From Patescibacteria group bacterium (GTDB lineage Bacteria; Patescibacteriota; Microgenomatia; JAMCZE01): a DNA stretch of 64,000 nt. Below are positions 39,059 through 48,352 of this stretch, piece after piece (the first letter of the stretch is position 1; the number at the start of each line of letters is the position of its first letter). A program made the translations under genes and the position numbers. The DNA is taken from the NCBI GenBank assembly GCA_023485845.1, contig JAMCZE010000001.1, forward strand, positions 62,456 to 126,455, given 5' to 3'. Under the pieces are notes generated by a model. It saw only the letters and a program-made list of their open reading frames with translations. It had not been told where the DNA came from and searched no databases.

Positions 39059-40120
39059 ATGAAGATTCTTTGGTTCACGGATTTCTTCCCGGAAAGTGAT
39101 AAGGCGGAAATCACCGGCGGGGTGGAGGCCCGCTGTTTTTTTGTCCGGCGCCATTTGGAGGCCGCCGGCCATCAGGTGCAAATCATCGCCCGGCCGACCC
39201 ACGGTCAGGTTTGGAAACCGGCTTCATTTGGCTCAATGCCGGAACGGTTTCTCTTTACGATAAAATCCATCATTTGTGGGTTGCAGTCAGATTTCGATAT
39301 TGTTGAAGGAACAAACTTTGCCACCTATCCGGTGGCCTGGCTGGTCGGCGTTCTTAAGCACAAGCCGGTCGTCCTTTGGTATCCGGATGTTTTTCTGGGT
39401 TCTTGGATAAAGACCGTTGGCCCGGTAGGGACGATTGGCGGGCTAATTGAGTGGCTGGTTCTTCGCCTGCCTGTCAACCACTATCTGGCTATCAGCCAAT
39501 CAACGAAAGACAAGTTGGTTAAAGCCGGCGTTTTGGCAAAAAAGATCAGCGTGGTCGATTGCGGTGTTGAGCCAGCAGAATTTGTCGGCTTAAAGAAAAC
39601 AGTTAAAAAATTTGACGTTTGTGTCGTCTCCCGGCTGGTTGGCTATAAGCGGGTCGACGCGCTGGTGGCTGCCGCGCCGCCAGATTTAATAGTGGCAATT
39701 GTCGGCCAGGGACCGGAAAGGTCAAAGTTAGAGAAACTGGCGGTTGGGAAGAAAATAATTTTTTTTGGCCACGTGGCTTCGCATAAAAAAGTCTTGGAAA
39801 CCATCGCCTCTTCAAGGATTTTCTGTTTGTTGTCAACCACCGAGGGTTTTGGGATTGTGATTATTGAGGCGGCGGCGTTGGGGGTGCCGTTTGTCGCCCG
39901 GGACATTCCCGTGATTGCCGAAATCACCGCTAACGGCCGTGGGGGGCTGTTATTCCATGACGATGATCTGTCCAACCAGATCAACCGATTATTAACGGAC
40001 AAAAAACTTTATCAGCAGAAATGCCGGGAAGCAACGACCTTGGCTAAGAAATACACCTGGGAGAAAGCGGCGGCGGAAACAGAAAAGATTTATGCTAGAA
40101 TTTTAGAAAATGTCCACTAA
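39059..40120 (+). CDS. GT4 glycosyltransferase
   Basis: GGVE, SRLVGYK, G.GP, EGFGIVIIEA. Confidence 0.9.
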   Translation: MKILWFTDFFPESDKAEITGGVEARCFFVRRHLEAAGHQVQIIARPTHGQVWKPASFGSMPERFLFTIKSIICGLQSDFDIVEGTNFATYPVAWLVGVLKHKPVVLWYPDVFLGSWIKTVGPVGTIGGLIEWLVLRLPVNHYLAISQSTKDKLVKAGVLAKKISVVDCGVEPAEFVGLKKTVKKFDVCVVSRLVGYKRVDALVAAAPPDLIVAIVGQGPERSKLEKLAVGKKIIFFGHVASHKKVLETIASSRIFCLLSTTEGFGIVIIEAAALGVPFVARDIPVIAEITANGRGGLLFHDDDLSNQINRLLTDKKLYQQKCREATTLAKKYTWEKAAAETEKIYARILENVH

Positions 40121-40439
40121 GACATTGGTCATCTTGTTAATGCTGTTCAACACCATGGGGACGGCAGTGGCCCAGGTTCTTCTGAAACTTGGCGTTAGTG
40201 ACCTTGCAAAAAGTTGGCCGTTCGTTTTGCTGGGAATCGCGATTTACGGCTTAGCAATGCTGGTTTGGTTATTTGTTCTAAGTAAAGCGGACTTATCTTT
40301 TGCCTACAGTCTGGTGGCGTTAACGTTTGTTTTCCTTCTAATTTTTTCCCGGTTGTTTCTGCATGAAACCCTGAGTGCTCTCCGGCTGTCTGGGGCAGCA
40401 TTAATTATCGTGGGAATTTTCCTTGTTGCCCGCTCGTAA
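40110..40439 (+). CDS. ArnE/ArnF-like SMR/EamA small flippase
   Basis: 109 aa, 4 TM, AQVLLK, LSFAY, LHE. Confidence 0.78.
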   Translation: MSTKTLVILLMLFNTMGTAVAQVLLKLGVSDLAKSWPFVLLGIAIYGLAMLVWLFVLSKADLSFAYSLVALTFVFLLIFSRLFLHETLSALRLSGAALIIVGIFLVARS

Positions 40440-40443
40440 TTAT

Positions 40444-41388
40444 ATGAAAACCTGCTTCCTTATTGATGATCCGTCGCCAGTCGGCGGAGGGCCGGAGCAC
40501 CTTCGGCGGGTGAGTGCCATTTTGCGCCAGAAATACGGCTGCGCTATTGATGTCGTCACTCCGCTGACAATGGACCAAAAATTTAATGTTCATGACTTTT
40601 GGCAGCGGGTGAAATTCACGTTCTGGGTTATGTGGTTTCTGTTTAACTCTGACTATGATGTTTATCATAGTCATGCGTTTTCCGCTGATGCTTTCCTGCC
40701 GGCCGTTAAACTGCGCGGCAAAAAATGCGGCATCACTGTCCATGGCCAAGGGCAAAGTTTAGTTGGCGGGGGAATCCTTAATCGAACCGGTTTGCCGCGA
40801 TTGCTGCGCTGGTTAGTTTTGCGCGTTTGGCCCTATGATTTTCGCCTGTCGGCGGCCACTTTGCCTGGGTTTGTGCGGGTTGGCAACGGGGTGGACTGGG
40901 AAGAATTTAAAAAAGTTAAAAGAAAAAGCGGCGGCCCGTTCACTGTCCTTTGCGTCAGTCGTCGGGATCCGGTTAAAGGAATTGACGTTTTAGAAAAAGC
41001 GGTCGGGAGTCTGCCGTGGGTGAAACTTAATTTAGTTTCCGGCCGGCGGCGCACCCTGGCCGACTTTTCCGCTGCTGATATTTATGTTCTTCCCTCACTG
41101 TCCGAGGGCTTGCCCATTGTTCTCCTGGAGGCGATGGCGGCCAAGCTGCCGGTTGTCGCTACCAATGTGGGTGACTGCCGGGAAATTGTGGAAGCGGCCA
41201 AGTGTGGGCTTATTGTCCCGCCGGGGGATTGTGCCCGGCTGGCCCAGGCAATTTGGCAGCTGAAGCAAGACAGAAATCGCGCTAAAATGGGGGAGCGAGG
41301 CTTTATTTATGTCCAAAAGAATTTTAGCTGGGACAAAGTGGCCGCTGCTTGTTATTCTGCTTATCGGGGGGCTGGCACTCTCCTATAA
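40444..41388 (+). CDS. GT4 glycosyltransferase (compact)
   Basis: ATG 40444. GGGP, TVHG, NGVD, KG, PSLSEGLPIVLLEAMA. Confidence 0.85.
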   Translation: MKTCFLIDDPSPVGGGPEHLRRVSAILRQKYGCAIDVVTPLTMDQKFNVHDFWQRVKFTFWVMWFLFNSDYDVYHSHAFSADAFLPAVKLRGKKCGITVHGQGQSLVGGGILNRTGLPRLLRWLVLRVWPYDFRLSAATLPGFVRVGNGVDWEEFKKVKRKSGGPFTVLCVSRRDPVKGIDVLEKAVGSLPWVKLNLVSGRRRTLADFSAADIYVLPSLSEGLPIVLLEAMAAKLPVVATNVGDCREIVEAAKCGLIVPPGDCARLAQAIWQLKQDRNRAKMGERGFIYVQKNFSWDKVAAACYSAYRGAGTLL

Positions 41389-42598
41389 CCTTGACAAACC
41401 TTTTTGGGGTCACCATGACTGGAATGGAGTTTATTGGGGGACGGTGGCCCGTAATTTTGCCCGTTTTGGGCCAATTAATCTCCATTTTGCCCAGATTCTT
41501 TCCCCGGGCGACTATAATTTCCACTTTTTGCCGCTATTCACTTTGATCTGGTCGGCATTTTTTGGCGTGTTTGGGGTGGCCAATTGGGTGTCGCGCTTTA
41601 TGGCGGCGACGTTTTCCCTGGCGGCCGTTGCCGTTTTCTATCAATTGGCGCGGCGCTATTTTTCTCTCCGGGTGGCCGTGATGGGGGCAATCTTTTGGCT
41701 GGCCACTCCGATGTTTATTTATTTCGGCAAGATGCCGGTGCACGAAATCCCCCTAATGTTTTTTGTCCTGGCGGCACTTTATTTTTATCTAGGCGGCCGC
41801 GATCGGCTGATGTTTTTTTTCATCATTCTGGCAGAGCTGACCACTTGGCCGGGTTTCTTTTTAGTCCCGGCCATCACAATCCATTATTTTCTTTTCGGTC
41901 GTCATTCTGGCAAGCGCAGCGCGGCCAGAATCTTAATTTTGTTGTGGTTTGTTTCTTTCGTCCTTTTTGGCCTTCACCTAACCCACGACTATTTGGTCAC
42001 CGGCTCCTTTTTCGGCGGGGGACTGGCACAAATTTTTTTCCAGCGGGTTGGGGGCGTGCCGCTGGTTCCTTATCTGACTACCTTGGCGCACTGGGCCTGG
42101 ACGTATTACTCGTTTTTGATCCCATTGTCATTGGTTGGGTTGTTTTTAGTCAGGCGCCGAGATATTTTATTGCTGCTTCTAACCTACGCCCTTTTCTATC
42201 CAATTATTTTCCGTGATGCTGCATTTCGCCATGACTATCTCCTGATTTATTTCTGGCCGTTTCTGGCGCTGTCGTCAGCTCTAGCTGTCAATCGGCTATT
42301 TTCCAAAAAGCCTGTTCTAATTTTTTCGTTTCTAGCCATTGTCGTGGGCATGGTGGCTTTGCGTTTTCAATATATCCTGGCTTTGGAAAACAGTGATCTC
42401 TACCGGGATAGTGTGGTGTTTGGTCAATATATTCATGACCACACGGCTCCAGCGGACAGAATCCGGGTGGTCACGGCCGATCCAAATGTTCCTTGGGACG
42501 GCTGGTTTATTGGTTATTATGCCGATCGGCCAATTGTTTTCTCCGGCTTTAACAAAACGGCCACCTATTCCCCCGGCGGGAAAATGACGGTAGAATAG
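41309..42598 (+). CDS. GT-C (ArnT/GT39-like) membrane glycosyltransferase
   Basis: HHDWN..ARN, HFLPL, R, TP...YFG, YYADR. Confidence 0.75.
   Translation: MSKRILAGTKWPLLVILLIGGLALSYNLDKPFWGHHDWNGVYWGTVARNFARFGPINLHFAQILSPGDYNFHFLPLFTLIWSAFFGVFGVANWVSRFMAATFSLAAVAVFYQLARRYFSLRVAVMGAIFWLATPMFIYFGKMPVHEIPLMFFVLAALYFYLGGRDRLMFFFIILAELTTWPGFFLVPAITIHYFLFGRHSGKRSAARILILLWFVSFVLFGLHLTHDYLVTGSFFGGGLAQIFFQRVGGVPLVPYLTTLAHWAWTYYSFLIPLSLVGLFLVRRRDILLLLLTYALFYPIIFRDAAFRHDYLLIYFWPFLALSSALAVNRLFSKKPVLIFSFLAIVVGMVALRFQYILALENSDLYRDSVVFGQYIHDHTAPADRIRVVTADPNVPWDGWFIGYYADRPIVFSGFNKTATYSPGGKMTVE
41901..41932. repeat. REP-like palindrome in CDS (GTCATTCTGGC...GCCAGAATC)
   Basis: Stem ATTCTGGC (41904-41911)/GCCAGAAT (41924-41931) around GCGCAGCGC. 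Encodes HSGKRSAARI. Confidence 0.7.
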
Positions 42599-42606
42599 CA
42601 TTAACC

Positions 42607-43083
42607 ATGAAGTTGCTGGTTATCACAGAATTTAACCCGGAAAAGCTTGGGGGAGCAGAGATGCATGCCAGCCAAGTTTTAAAACGGATCAGGCCAAAGT
42701 TTTCCGCGGTTATTGTTCCCAAGATTTCCTACCCCTACGTCCCCAATTTTTCCTGGATTTTTTATATGCTTTTTGCCACACCGGTTATTTTCTGGGAGAC
42801 GATTCGATCTAAGCCGGATTTGCTTTGGGCCACCCTGGATTTTCCCCAGGCCCAGGTGGGAGCAGTTATTAAGGTGCTCACTAGTAAGCCGCTTTACGTC
42901 ACTTCGCAAAATCCCCTGTTGGGGGAGGAAGAGTTTGTTGGTTTGGGCGGGAAATTAGTCAAATATTTGGTTTCCTTTGCGTTTGCCCGGGCCGATGTGG
43001 TGGCCGCTGTCAGCACTTATTCCGCCAACCTGGCGAAAAAACTCGGGGCCAAAAAAGTGGTTATTATTCCCAACGGCGTATGA
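42607..43083 (+). CDS. GT4 N-terminal domain as a separate ORF
   Basis: GGAE, AVS, ends IIPNGV*. Confidence 0.8.
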   Translation: MKLLVITEFNPEKLGGAEMHASQVLKRIRPKFSAVIVPKISYPYVPNFSWIFYMLFATPVIFWETIRSKPDLLWATLDFPQAQVGAVIKVLTSKPLYVTSQNPLLGEEEFVGLGGKLVKYLVSFAFARADVVAAVSTYSANLAKKLGAKKVVIIPNGV

Positions 43084-43601
43084 TTAAAATCATTACCACT
43101 TCATCACTGATCCCGCGCAACGGCATTGACGTGCTAATTAACGCCTGTAAGCTATTAGCTATCAGCTATCAGCTCGTTATTGCTGGAGACGGGCCGGAGC
43201 GAGCAAAGTTGGAAAAGCTGGCTGCCGACATGCCGGTGAAGTTTCTTGGTCGTGTCCCCAATAATCTAGTCCCTAGTCTACTAGTCACTAGTCACTTATT
43301 TGTCCGTCCGTCCCGTTTTGAGGGCTTTGGCAGTTCATTTATTGAGGCAATGGCCGCCGGATTGCCGGTGATCGGCACGCCGGTCGGGGGAATCGTCGAT
43401 TTTCTTAAAGACGGCCAAACCGGGCTTTTGGTTCCGCCGGATGACCCACCGGCCCTGGCTGCCGCCATCACCCGGTTGACAAAGGACAAAAAGCTGGCCA
43501 AAAAACTGTCCGAAGACGGTCGGGAGCTGGTGGAGAAAAAATACCGCTGGGACAAAATCGCCGACCACGTCTATTTGGAAATGAAGAAGCTATGTGGTTA
43601 A
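43080..43601 (+). CDS. GT4 C-terminal (donor-binding) domain as a separate ORF
   Basis: ATGA overlap. GDGP, EGFGSSFIEAMAAG, GG..D, TGLLV. Confidence 0.85.
   Translation: MIKIITTSSLIPRNGIDVLINACKLLAISYQLVIAGDGPERAKLEKLAADMPVKFLGRVPNNLVPSLLVTSHLFVRPSRFEGFGSSFIEAMAAGLPVIGTPVGGIVDFLKDGQTGLLVPPDDPPALAAAITRLTKDKKLAKKLSEDGRELVEKKYRWDKIADHVYLEMKKLCG
43147..43174 (+). repeat. Heptamer repeat GTAAGCT ATTAGCT ATCAGCT ATCAGCT in CDS
   Basis: Same unit as 26526-26560. Encodes KLLAISYQL. Confidence 0.75.
43266..43294 (+). repeat. Heptamer repeat (CTAGTCA)-like x4 in CDS
   Basis: CTAGTCC CTAGTCTA CTAGTCA CTAGTCA. Confidence 0.75.
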
Positions 43602-45199
43602 GAATCCTGCTTGGTTTTCCCGCCGTCTATTTTTTGTCGGGCTTTCCGCTGGCCCGGTTGTTTTTGCCGCAAGAGAAAACCTTTTCCCTAAAATTATTAC
43701 TTACCTCTTTTGCCTTCAGCTGTTTTCTCACCTATCCGGCGGCCGTTTTAACCACAATGATCGAAGGCCAATCGGCCGCCGCCATCTACAGTGTTCATTT
43801 GCCACATTCTCTGCTGTCCCTGGCGATTATTAGCTTGCCGTTTTGGTTTCTTCTCTGGAAAAAGAGGCTCCCGCGTCTTCATCTGCCCAGTCTTCGTAAA
43901 GTTCATCTTTTATTGGCCCTATTCTTGATTCTTTATTCCCTATTCGTCTTTGTTAATCTGAACCGCGCCGATGTTCTGGGTGATGATTATGATCTGGGCT
44001 ACCAGGCCTACAATCTCCAGGATGGCATCCTTGATGCCCGCCGGGCTTACGTGATTTCCTTTAACACCCATCCGCCGCTAATGATGACCATAAAGCATTA
44101 TGGCATGCAGCTTTTCTATCCTTGGGGTCTTGACGGCCTTTCTGACTGGATGTTTCGGGGAGTGGAAGGCATGATGGGTCTGGGGGTGATCCTGACATCA
44201 TACTTACTGGTCCGGGACTTTTTTAGTGAGCGGACTGCACTATTAACAGCCGCCCTCCTGGCGGTGAATAATTATTTGATCTTTATGGGGCGGATTTTTC
44301 TCCGGGAAATATACCTCACGTTTTTTCTGGTTATCGCCCTCTATTTTTTCCTGCATAAGAGAGTGTTCTTAGCCGCGTTTTTTCTTGGTTGCGCGCTTCT
44401 TGTCAAAGCCTCCGCCGTCATCTTGTTGCCGGTTTTTATTCTCTGGTTGTTAAAGGAGAAGAGAGTTAAAGAATTGGCTGTGGTGTTCTCAACTTTAATC
44501 GCTGTTTATGCACCGGTGGTTGTTTATAACGTCGGGGCTTACCTGGTGACTGGACATATGGATGCCACCTTTTCCTGGCTGTTTCACTTGCCAAACCCTT
44601 TTTTAACCGGACAATCCGCAAATCCTTTGTTAACCAACCCATCGGCCATTATTTCCATTTTAACGGATTTGTACGGTTGGCCGGTGTTTGCCTTTTTCCT
44701 CCTCTGTTTGGTAATTTTCCTTTTTCAGCGTCGGCACCAATATCTGCTGGTCTGGTTGGTGTCGTCCTTAATTTTCTTTTGTCTTGGCCCGCTGCGGGAA
44801 TATTACCTTTTGCCGTTGACAATCCCCCTGGTTATTATTTTGGCCGATGTTTTTAAAAAATTGCCGATTTTGATTGTTTCCATCTTAATTTTTTCGGCCG
44901 TTTATTCATTTAGCTCCGATTCCGCTATCGTCCGAGCATACAGTGCAGATCGGGGATGGAAAAATCTTAGCGCAAATCTATCAAAAGTCTATCTGCCAGG
45001 TGATTGTCTAATTGCTGGCCAGGGAGTCTCCGACTTGCCATTGCGTCGCTACCTGAAAACCGACGATGGTGTTAAGACCTATCTTCTCGGTCCAAATTAC
45101 CCTCACTATTACAAGATGTGCACGGAAGTTAAAGATCCAGAAAGAGAAATTGTGATTACTTATAATAATATTGGTAAAGTGACTTATGAAGTTTATTAA
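43592..45199 (+). CDS. GT-C (PMT/ArnT-like) glycosyltransferase with extra N-terminal TMs
   Basis: GDDY, HPPL, FR, GR, LVK, REYY. Confidence 0.72.
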   Translation: MWLRILLGFPAVYFLSGFPLARLFLPQEKTFSLKLLLTSFAFSCFLTYPAAVLTTMIEGQSAAAIYSVHLPHSLLSLAIISLPFWFLLWKKRLPRLHLPSLRKVHLLLALFLILYSLFVFVNLNRADVLGDDYDLGYQAYNLQDGILDARRAYVISFNTHPPLMMTIKHYGMQLFYPWGLDGLSDWMFRGVEGMMGLGVILTSYLLVRDFFSERTALLTAALLAVNNYLIFMGRIFLREIYLTFFLVIALYFFLHKRVFLAAFFLGCALLVKASAVILLPVFILWLLKEKRVKELAVVFSTLIAVYAPVVVYNVGAYLVTGHMDATFSWLFHLPNPFLTGQSANPLLTNPSAIISILTDLYGWPVFAFFLLCLVIFLFQRRHQYLLVWLVSSLIFFCLGPLREYYLLPLTIPLVIILADVFKKLPILIVSILIFSAVYSFSSDSAIVRAYSADRGWKNLSANLSKVYLPGDCLIAGQGVSDLPLRRYLKTDDGVKTYLLGPNYPHYYKMCTEVKDPEREIVITYNNIGKVTYEVY

Positions 45200-46283
45200 T
45201 TTTCTTATTGATTTGGTTGTAGTCAGCCTATTCTTGTTTAATATCATCCCTCAGAAATATCATGTCATGGGCTTCTCTTTCCATAATGGTGGCGATGATG
45301 TCACTTACTTCAAGTTAGCCCAGAGCTTTGCCCAAGGAAATCCTTTTGGATGCGGCTGTTCAATCGGATATTCATTGACTTTAGCCCCGATTTTAAAATT
45401 GATGCCAAACATGTCTCACGATGATTTTCTTGTTGCAGTTTCGTTTATCACTTCAATAGGGCTCTTCCCACTCGGACAGATACTCCTATTCGAAATAAGT
45501 AAAAAAATGACCGGGTCAACTGAAACTGGGTCAGTAGTGGTGTTATTTTGGACGCTGTTGCCAATCGTCACCTTCTTGTTGTTAAAATTTATTATCCACG
45601 ATCCTAATGCTGGAGATATTTCGTCACATCTAATCTGGGCCCAAATGCTGACCGAGGGAATAACAACGATGGTTTCGCTTCTGGCATTAAATTTATTTTT
45701 AGATTTGCATAAAAAGCAAACCATCTCAAACATTATCCTGTTTGGAGCAATGTCTGGTTATATATTTCTCCTAAGAATAACTGGTGTTGTGGCAATTGTG
45801 GTGTTTGCTTTAATTTTTATTAAAAGCAAAAAATGGAAACAACTATTAATCTTTCTCACTTCTGCTTTTGTAATTGTGCTTCCCCAGTTGATCTATAATT
45901 ACACATTTTTTGGATCTCCACTTACTAGCGGATATGTAGTTAATAATCGTCTCGAGAGTGGCCTTTTTAGCGCGAAATATTTACTTGATGCTCTTATTAA
46001 AACTTGGACAAGGTTTGGTCCACTGGTGTTAGTAGTGATACCAATTACAGTAATGATTTTTTGGTCAAGCCTTATAAAATTAAAACGTTACTGCCAGGAC
46101 GGCGCTCTGGTAATTTTTCTCTGGACGATCGGGACAGTGGCAATATACTCCCTGTACTATTATACTTATACTGGTGACTACGTTCGGTTCATGATCCCAA
46201 TTCTGCCATTCCTGAGCCTAATTTTTATTTCCGGAATACCTTATGAGAATATTATCAATCGGCTTAGATCGCGCGCTATTTGA
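45186..46283 (+). CDS. GT-C-like membrane glycosyltransferase
   Basis: GDDVTY, GY, LTE, R, YN..FGSP..SGY, RFMIP. Confidence 0.65.
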   Translation: MKFINFLIDLVVVSLFLFNIIPQKYHVMGFSFHNGGDDVTYFKLAQSFAQGNPFGCGCSIGYSLTLAPILKLMPNMSHDDFLVAVSFITSIGLFPLGQILLFEISKKMTGSTETGSVVVLFWTLLPIVTFLLLKFIIHDPNAGDISSHLIWAQMLTEGITTMVSLLALNLFLDLHKKQTISNIILFGAMSGYIFLLRITGVVAIVVFALIFIKSKKWKQLLIFLTSAFVIVLPQLIYNYTFFGSPLTSGYVVNNRLESGLFSAKYLLDALIKTWTRFGPLVLVVIPITVMIFWSSLIKLKRYCQDGALVIFLWTIGTVAIYSLYYYTYTGDYVRFMIPILPFLSLIFISGIPYENIINRLRSRAI

Positions 46284-47265
46284 TCAGGAATCAGACACTT
46301 TCTGGCGAGTGTCCACCTATGCTTCGTGGTTTGTGAACTACACGGTAATTGTGACCACACTAAAAAGTGAAAAGAGAAAGGAATTCTCGCAAAAAAGCCT
46401 CCGGGTCATTCCGACAAATAGCACAATTAGACTTCTTTATCCATTAGATGTTTTGCGCATTGCCTGGCAAAATCGAAAAGAAAGTTTTGACCTGGTTACC
46501 GTCCAGGACCCCTTTATCTGCGCTATTGCCGGGGTCCTCGTTAAATTTTTACTTCACATTCCGCTTAATATCCAAGTCCACAGTGAGTTTTTCAACAGCA
46601 AATATTTTAGGGAAGAAAGTAAATTTAATCGTATTCTTTACTATATTGGCTTGGCCACCACCCATTTTGCGGACACAATCCGCGCCCGGAACCGTCGAAT
46701 CGCCGCCTATTTCAAGAACAGGAAAACTTTTTATGTGGCGGCGCCGATCAATCCAATCTATCTCCGGCCGCTTTCCCGAGCCAAGCGTGATAAAAATCTG
46801 ATCATTTCCGTCGGCCGCGATGTTCCCCAGAAAAATTTCGCTCTGCTTCGGGAAGCCGTCGGGATGGTTAAGAAAAAGTTCCCCGGTGTGCGTTTAGAAA
46901 TTGTCACTGGCGGAAAGTCCTCGGCGGAATTAAAAAGGCTATATGAGCACGCTGGTGTTTTTATTCTGTCCAGCAACCATGAGGGTTGGGGATTGGTGGT
47001 TCTCGAAGCCCTGGCCCGTGGCTGCCCGGTGGTGATGACGGACACCGGCTGTGCTAGGGAAATAGTGATTGATGGCCGGACTGGCTACGTAGCCCCAGTT
47101 GGCAATGCCAGAGCATTGGCTCAGAAAATTATTTTGACGTTAGGAGATTATCAGCACTCGCTGGCGATGGCTAAAGATGGTCGCAATCTGGTGACAAAAG
47201 ATTGTTCTTTTAAAACTATAAAAAAACAGACGGTTTTAATGTATGAAGCTACTCTACATCACTAA
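46243..47265 (+). CDS. GT4 glycosyltransferase
   Basis: TVQDPF, VGR..QKN, EGWGLVVLEA. Confidence 0.88.
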   Translation: MRILSIGLDRALFDQESDTFWRVSTYASWFVNYTVIVTTLKSEKRKEFSQKSLRVIPTNSTIRLLYPLDVLRIAWQNRKESFDLVTVQDPFICAIAGVLVKFLLHIPLNIQVHSEFFNSKYFREESKFNRILYYIGLATTHFADTIRARNRRIAAYFKNRKTFYVAAPINPIYLRPLSRAKRDKNLIISVGRDVPQKNFALLREAVGMVKKKFPGVRLEIVTGGKSSAELKRLYEHAGVFILSSNHEGWGLVVLEALARGCPVVMTDTGCAREIVIDGRTGYVAPVGNARALAQKIILTLGDYQHSLAMAKDGRNLVTKDCSFKTIKKQTVLMYEATLHH

Positions 47266-48352
47266 TTCTCGCTTGCCAACAAGCAAAGCCCACGGTGTTC
47301 AGATTGCCAAAATGTGTGAGGCACTGATTGAAAATGGAATCAATTTGCAGTTGATAATTCCCAGGAGGAATAATTCGATTAAAGAGACAATTGAGCAGTA
47401 CTATGATCTGCGAGTAAAAATTTCATTCAGAAAACTTTTGGTAATTGACCTTTTCCCAAAATTTGACTCTTTTGCTTTTGTAGTCGAATCATTAACATTT
47501 TACTTGGGTGTTTTGTTAATCACCCTTGTCGATCAAAAGACGAAGGTTTTCACTAGGGATAGCTACTCTCCTTTGTTCTGTTTTTTTAAGGGGCGTGTTA
47601 CCTGGGAAGTCCATGAATTGCCAAAGACAATTTTTGGTAATATTCTGACAACTTTTCTAATAAGAAAATGTCAATTGATCGTTGCACCCAACAAAGCAGT
47701 GGCGCAATTTTGCTTATCCCGTGGCGTTTCTAAAGATAGAGTAGTCTATCTTCCTAACGGCGTGGATCTGAAAGCATTTTCCATTCCCTTGTTGACGAAT
47801 AAGGCCCGGCAATTGTTAGATCTACCCCCAAAATACTTCCTAGTTGGTTATATGGGTTCACTATATCAAAGAAAAGGTGTTGACATCCTGATCAAGTCGG
47901 CTGCGTTGTTGCCGGCTGGTTTTAAAATAGTGATTTTTGGTGGCCCAGACAACGAATTTAGAAGAATTAAGGATTTAATTTACAAGCTTGGTGTTAATAA
48001 AAGAGTTCTTATCTTCTCGGCGATTCCCTATAAACAAGTGCCGATAGCACTTCGAGCAATGAATGTCCTTGTTATTCCCAATAGTGCTAAGGAGCGTCTC
48101 TCCAGTGATGAAACCTCTCCGCTAAAATTCCGGGAATATTTGGCATCAAAAAAGCCGGTTGTTGCCTCAGATGTCCCTAGCCTTCGCGAACTGAATCCTA
48201 TGACCGGACAAGTTCGCTATTTCCTTTCTGATGATCCAAAATCCTTATCGCAGGCAATATTGGCAGCCACAAAGATGCACAAAGTGTTTGAAATTGATAA
48301 AAATATCTCTGTTAAGGAAAGGGCAAGAAAACTTATTCTTAAACTAAGATGA
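47243..48352 (+). CDS. GT4 glycosyltransferase
   Basis: RLP..AHG.Q, EVH, PNGVD, KG, SPLK..EY. Confidence 0.88.
   Translation: MKLLYITNSRLPTSKAHGVQIAKMCEALIENGINLQLIIPRRNNSIKETIEQYYDLRVKISFRKLLVIDLFPKFDSFAFVVESLTFYLGVLLITLVDQKTKVFTRDSYSPLFCFFKGRVTWEVHELPKTIFGNILTTFLIRKCQLIVAPNKAVAQFCLSRGVSKDRVVYLPNGVDLKAFSIPLLTNKARQLLDLPPKYFLVGYMGSLYQRKGVDILIKSAALLPAGFKIVIFGGPDNEFRRIKDLIYKLGVNKRVLIFSAIPYKQVPIALRAMNVLVIPNSAKERLSSDETSPLKFREYLASKKPVVASDVPSLRELNPMTGQVRYFLSDDPKSLSQAILAATKMHKVFEIDKNISVKERARKLILKLR

Noticed and set aside
41584-42216. 210-aa alternative-frame ORF, plus many 60-155 aa antisense or off-frame ORFs across the window
   Set aside because: They lie within well-supported genes and show no recognisable motifs; shadow ORFs.
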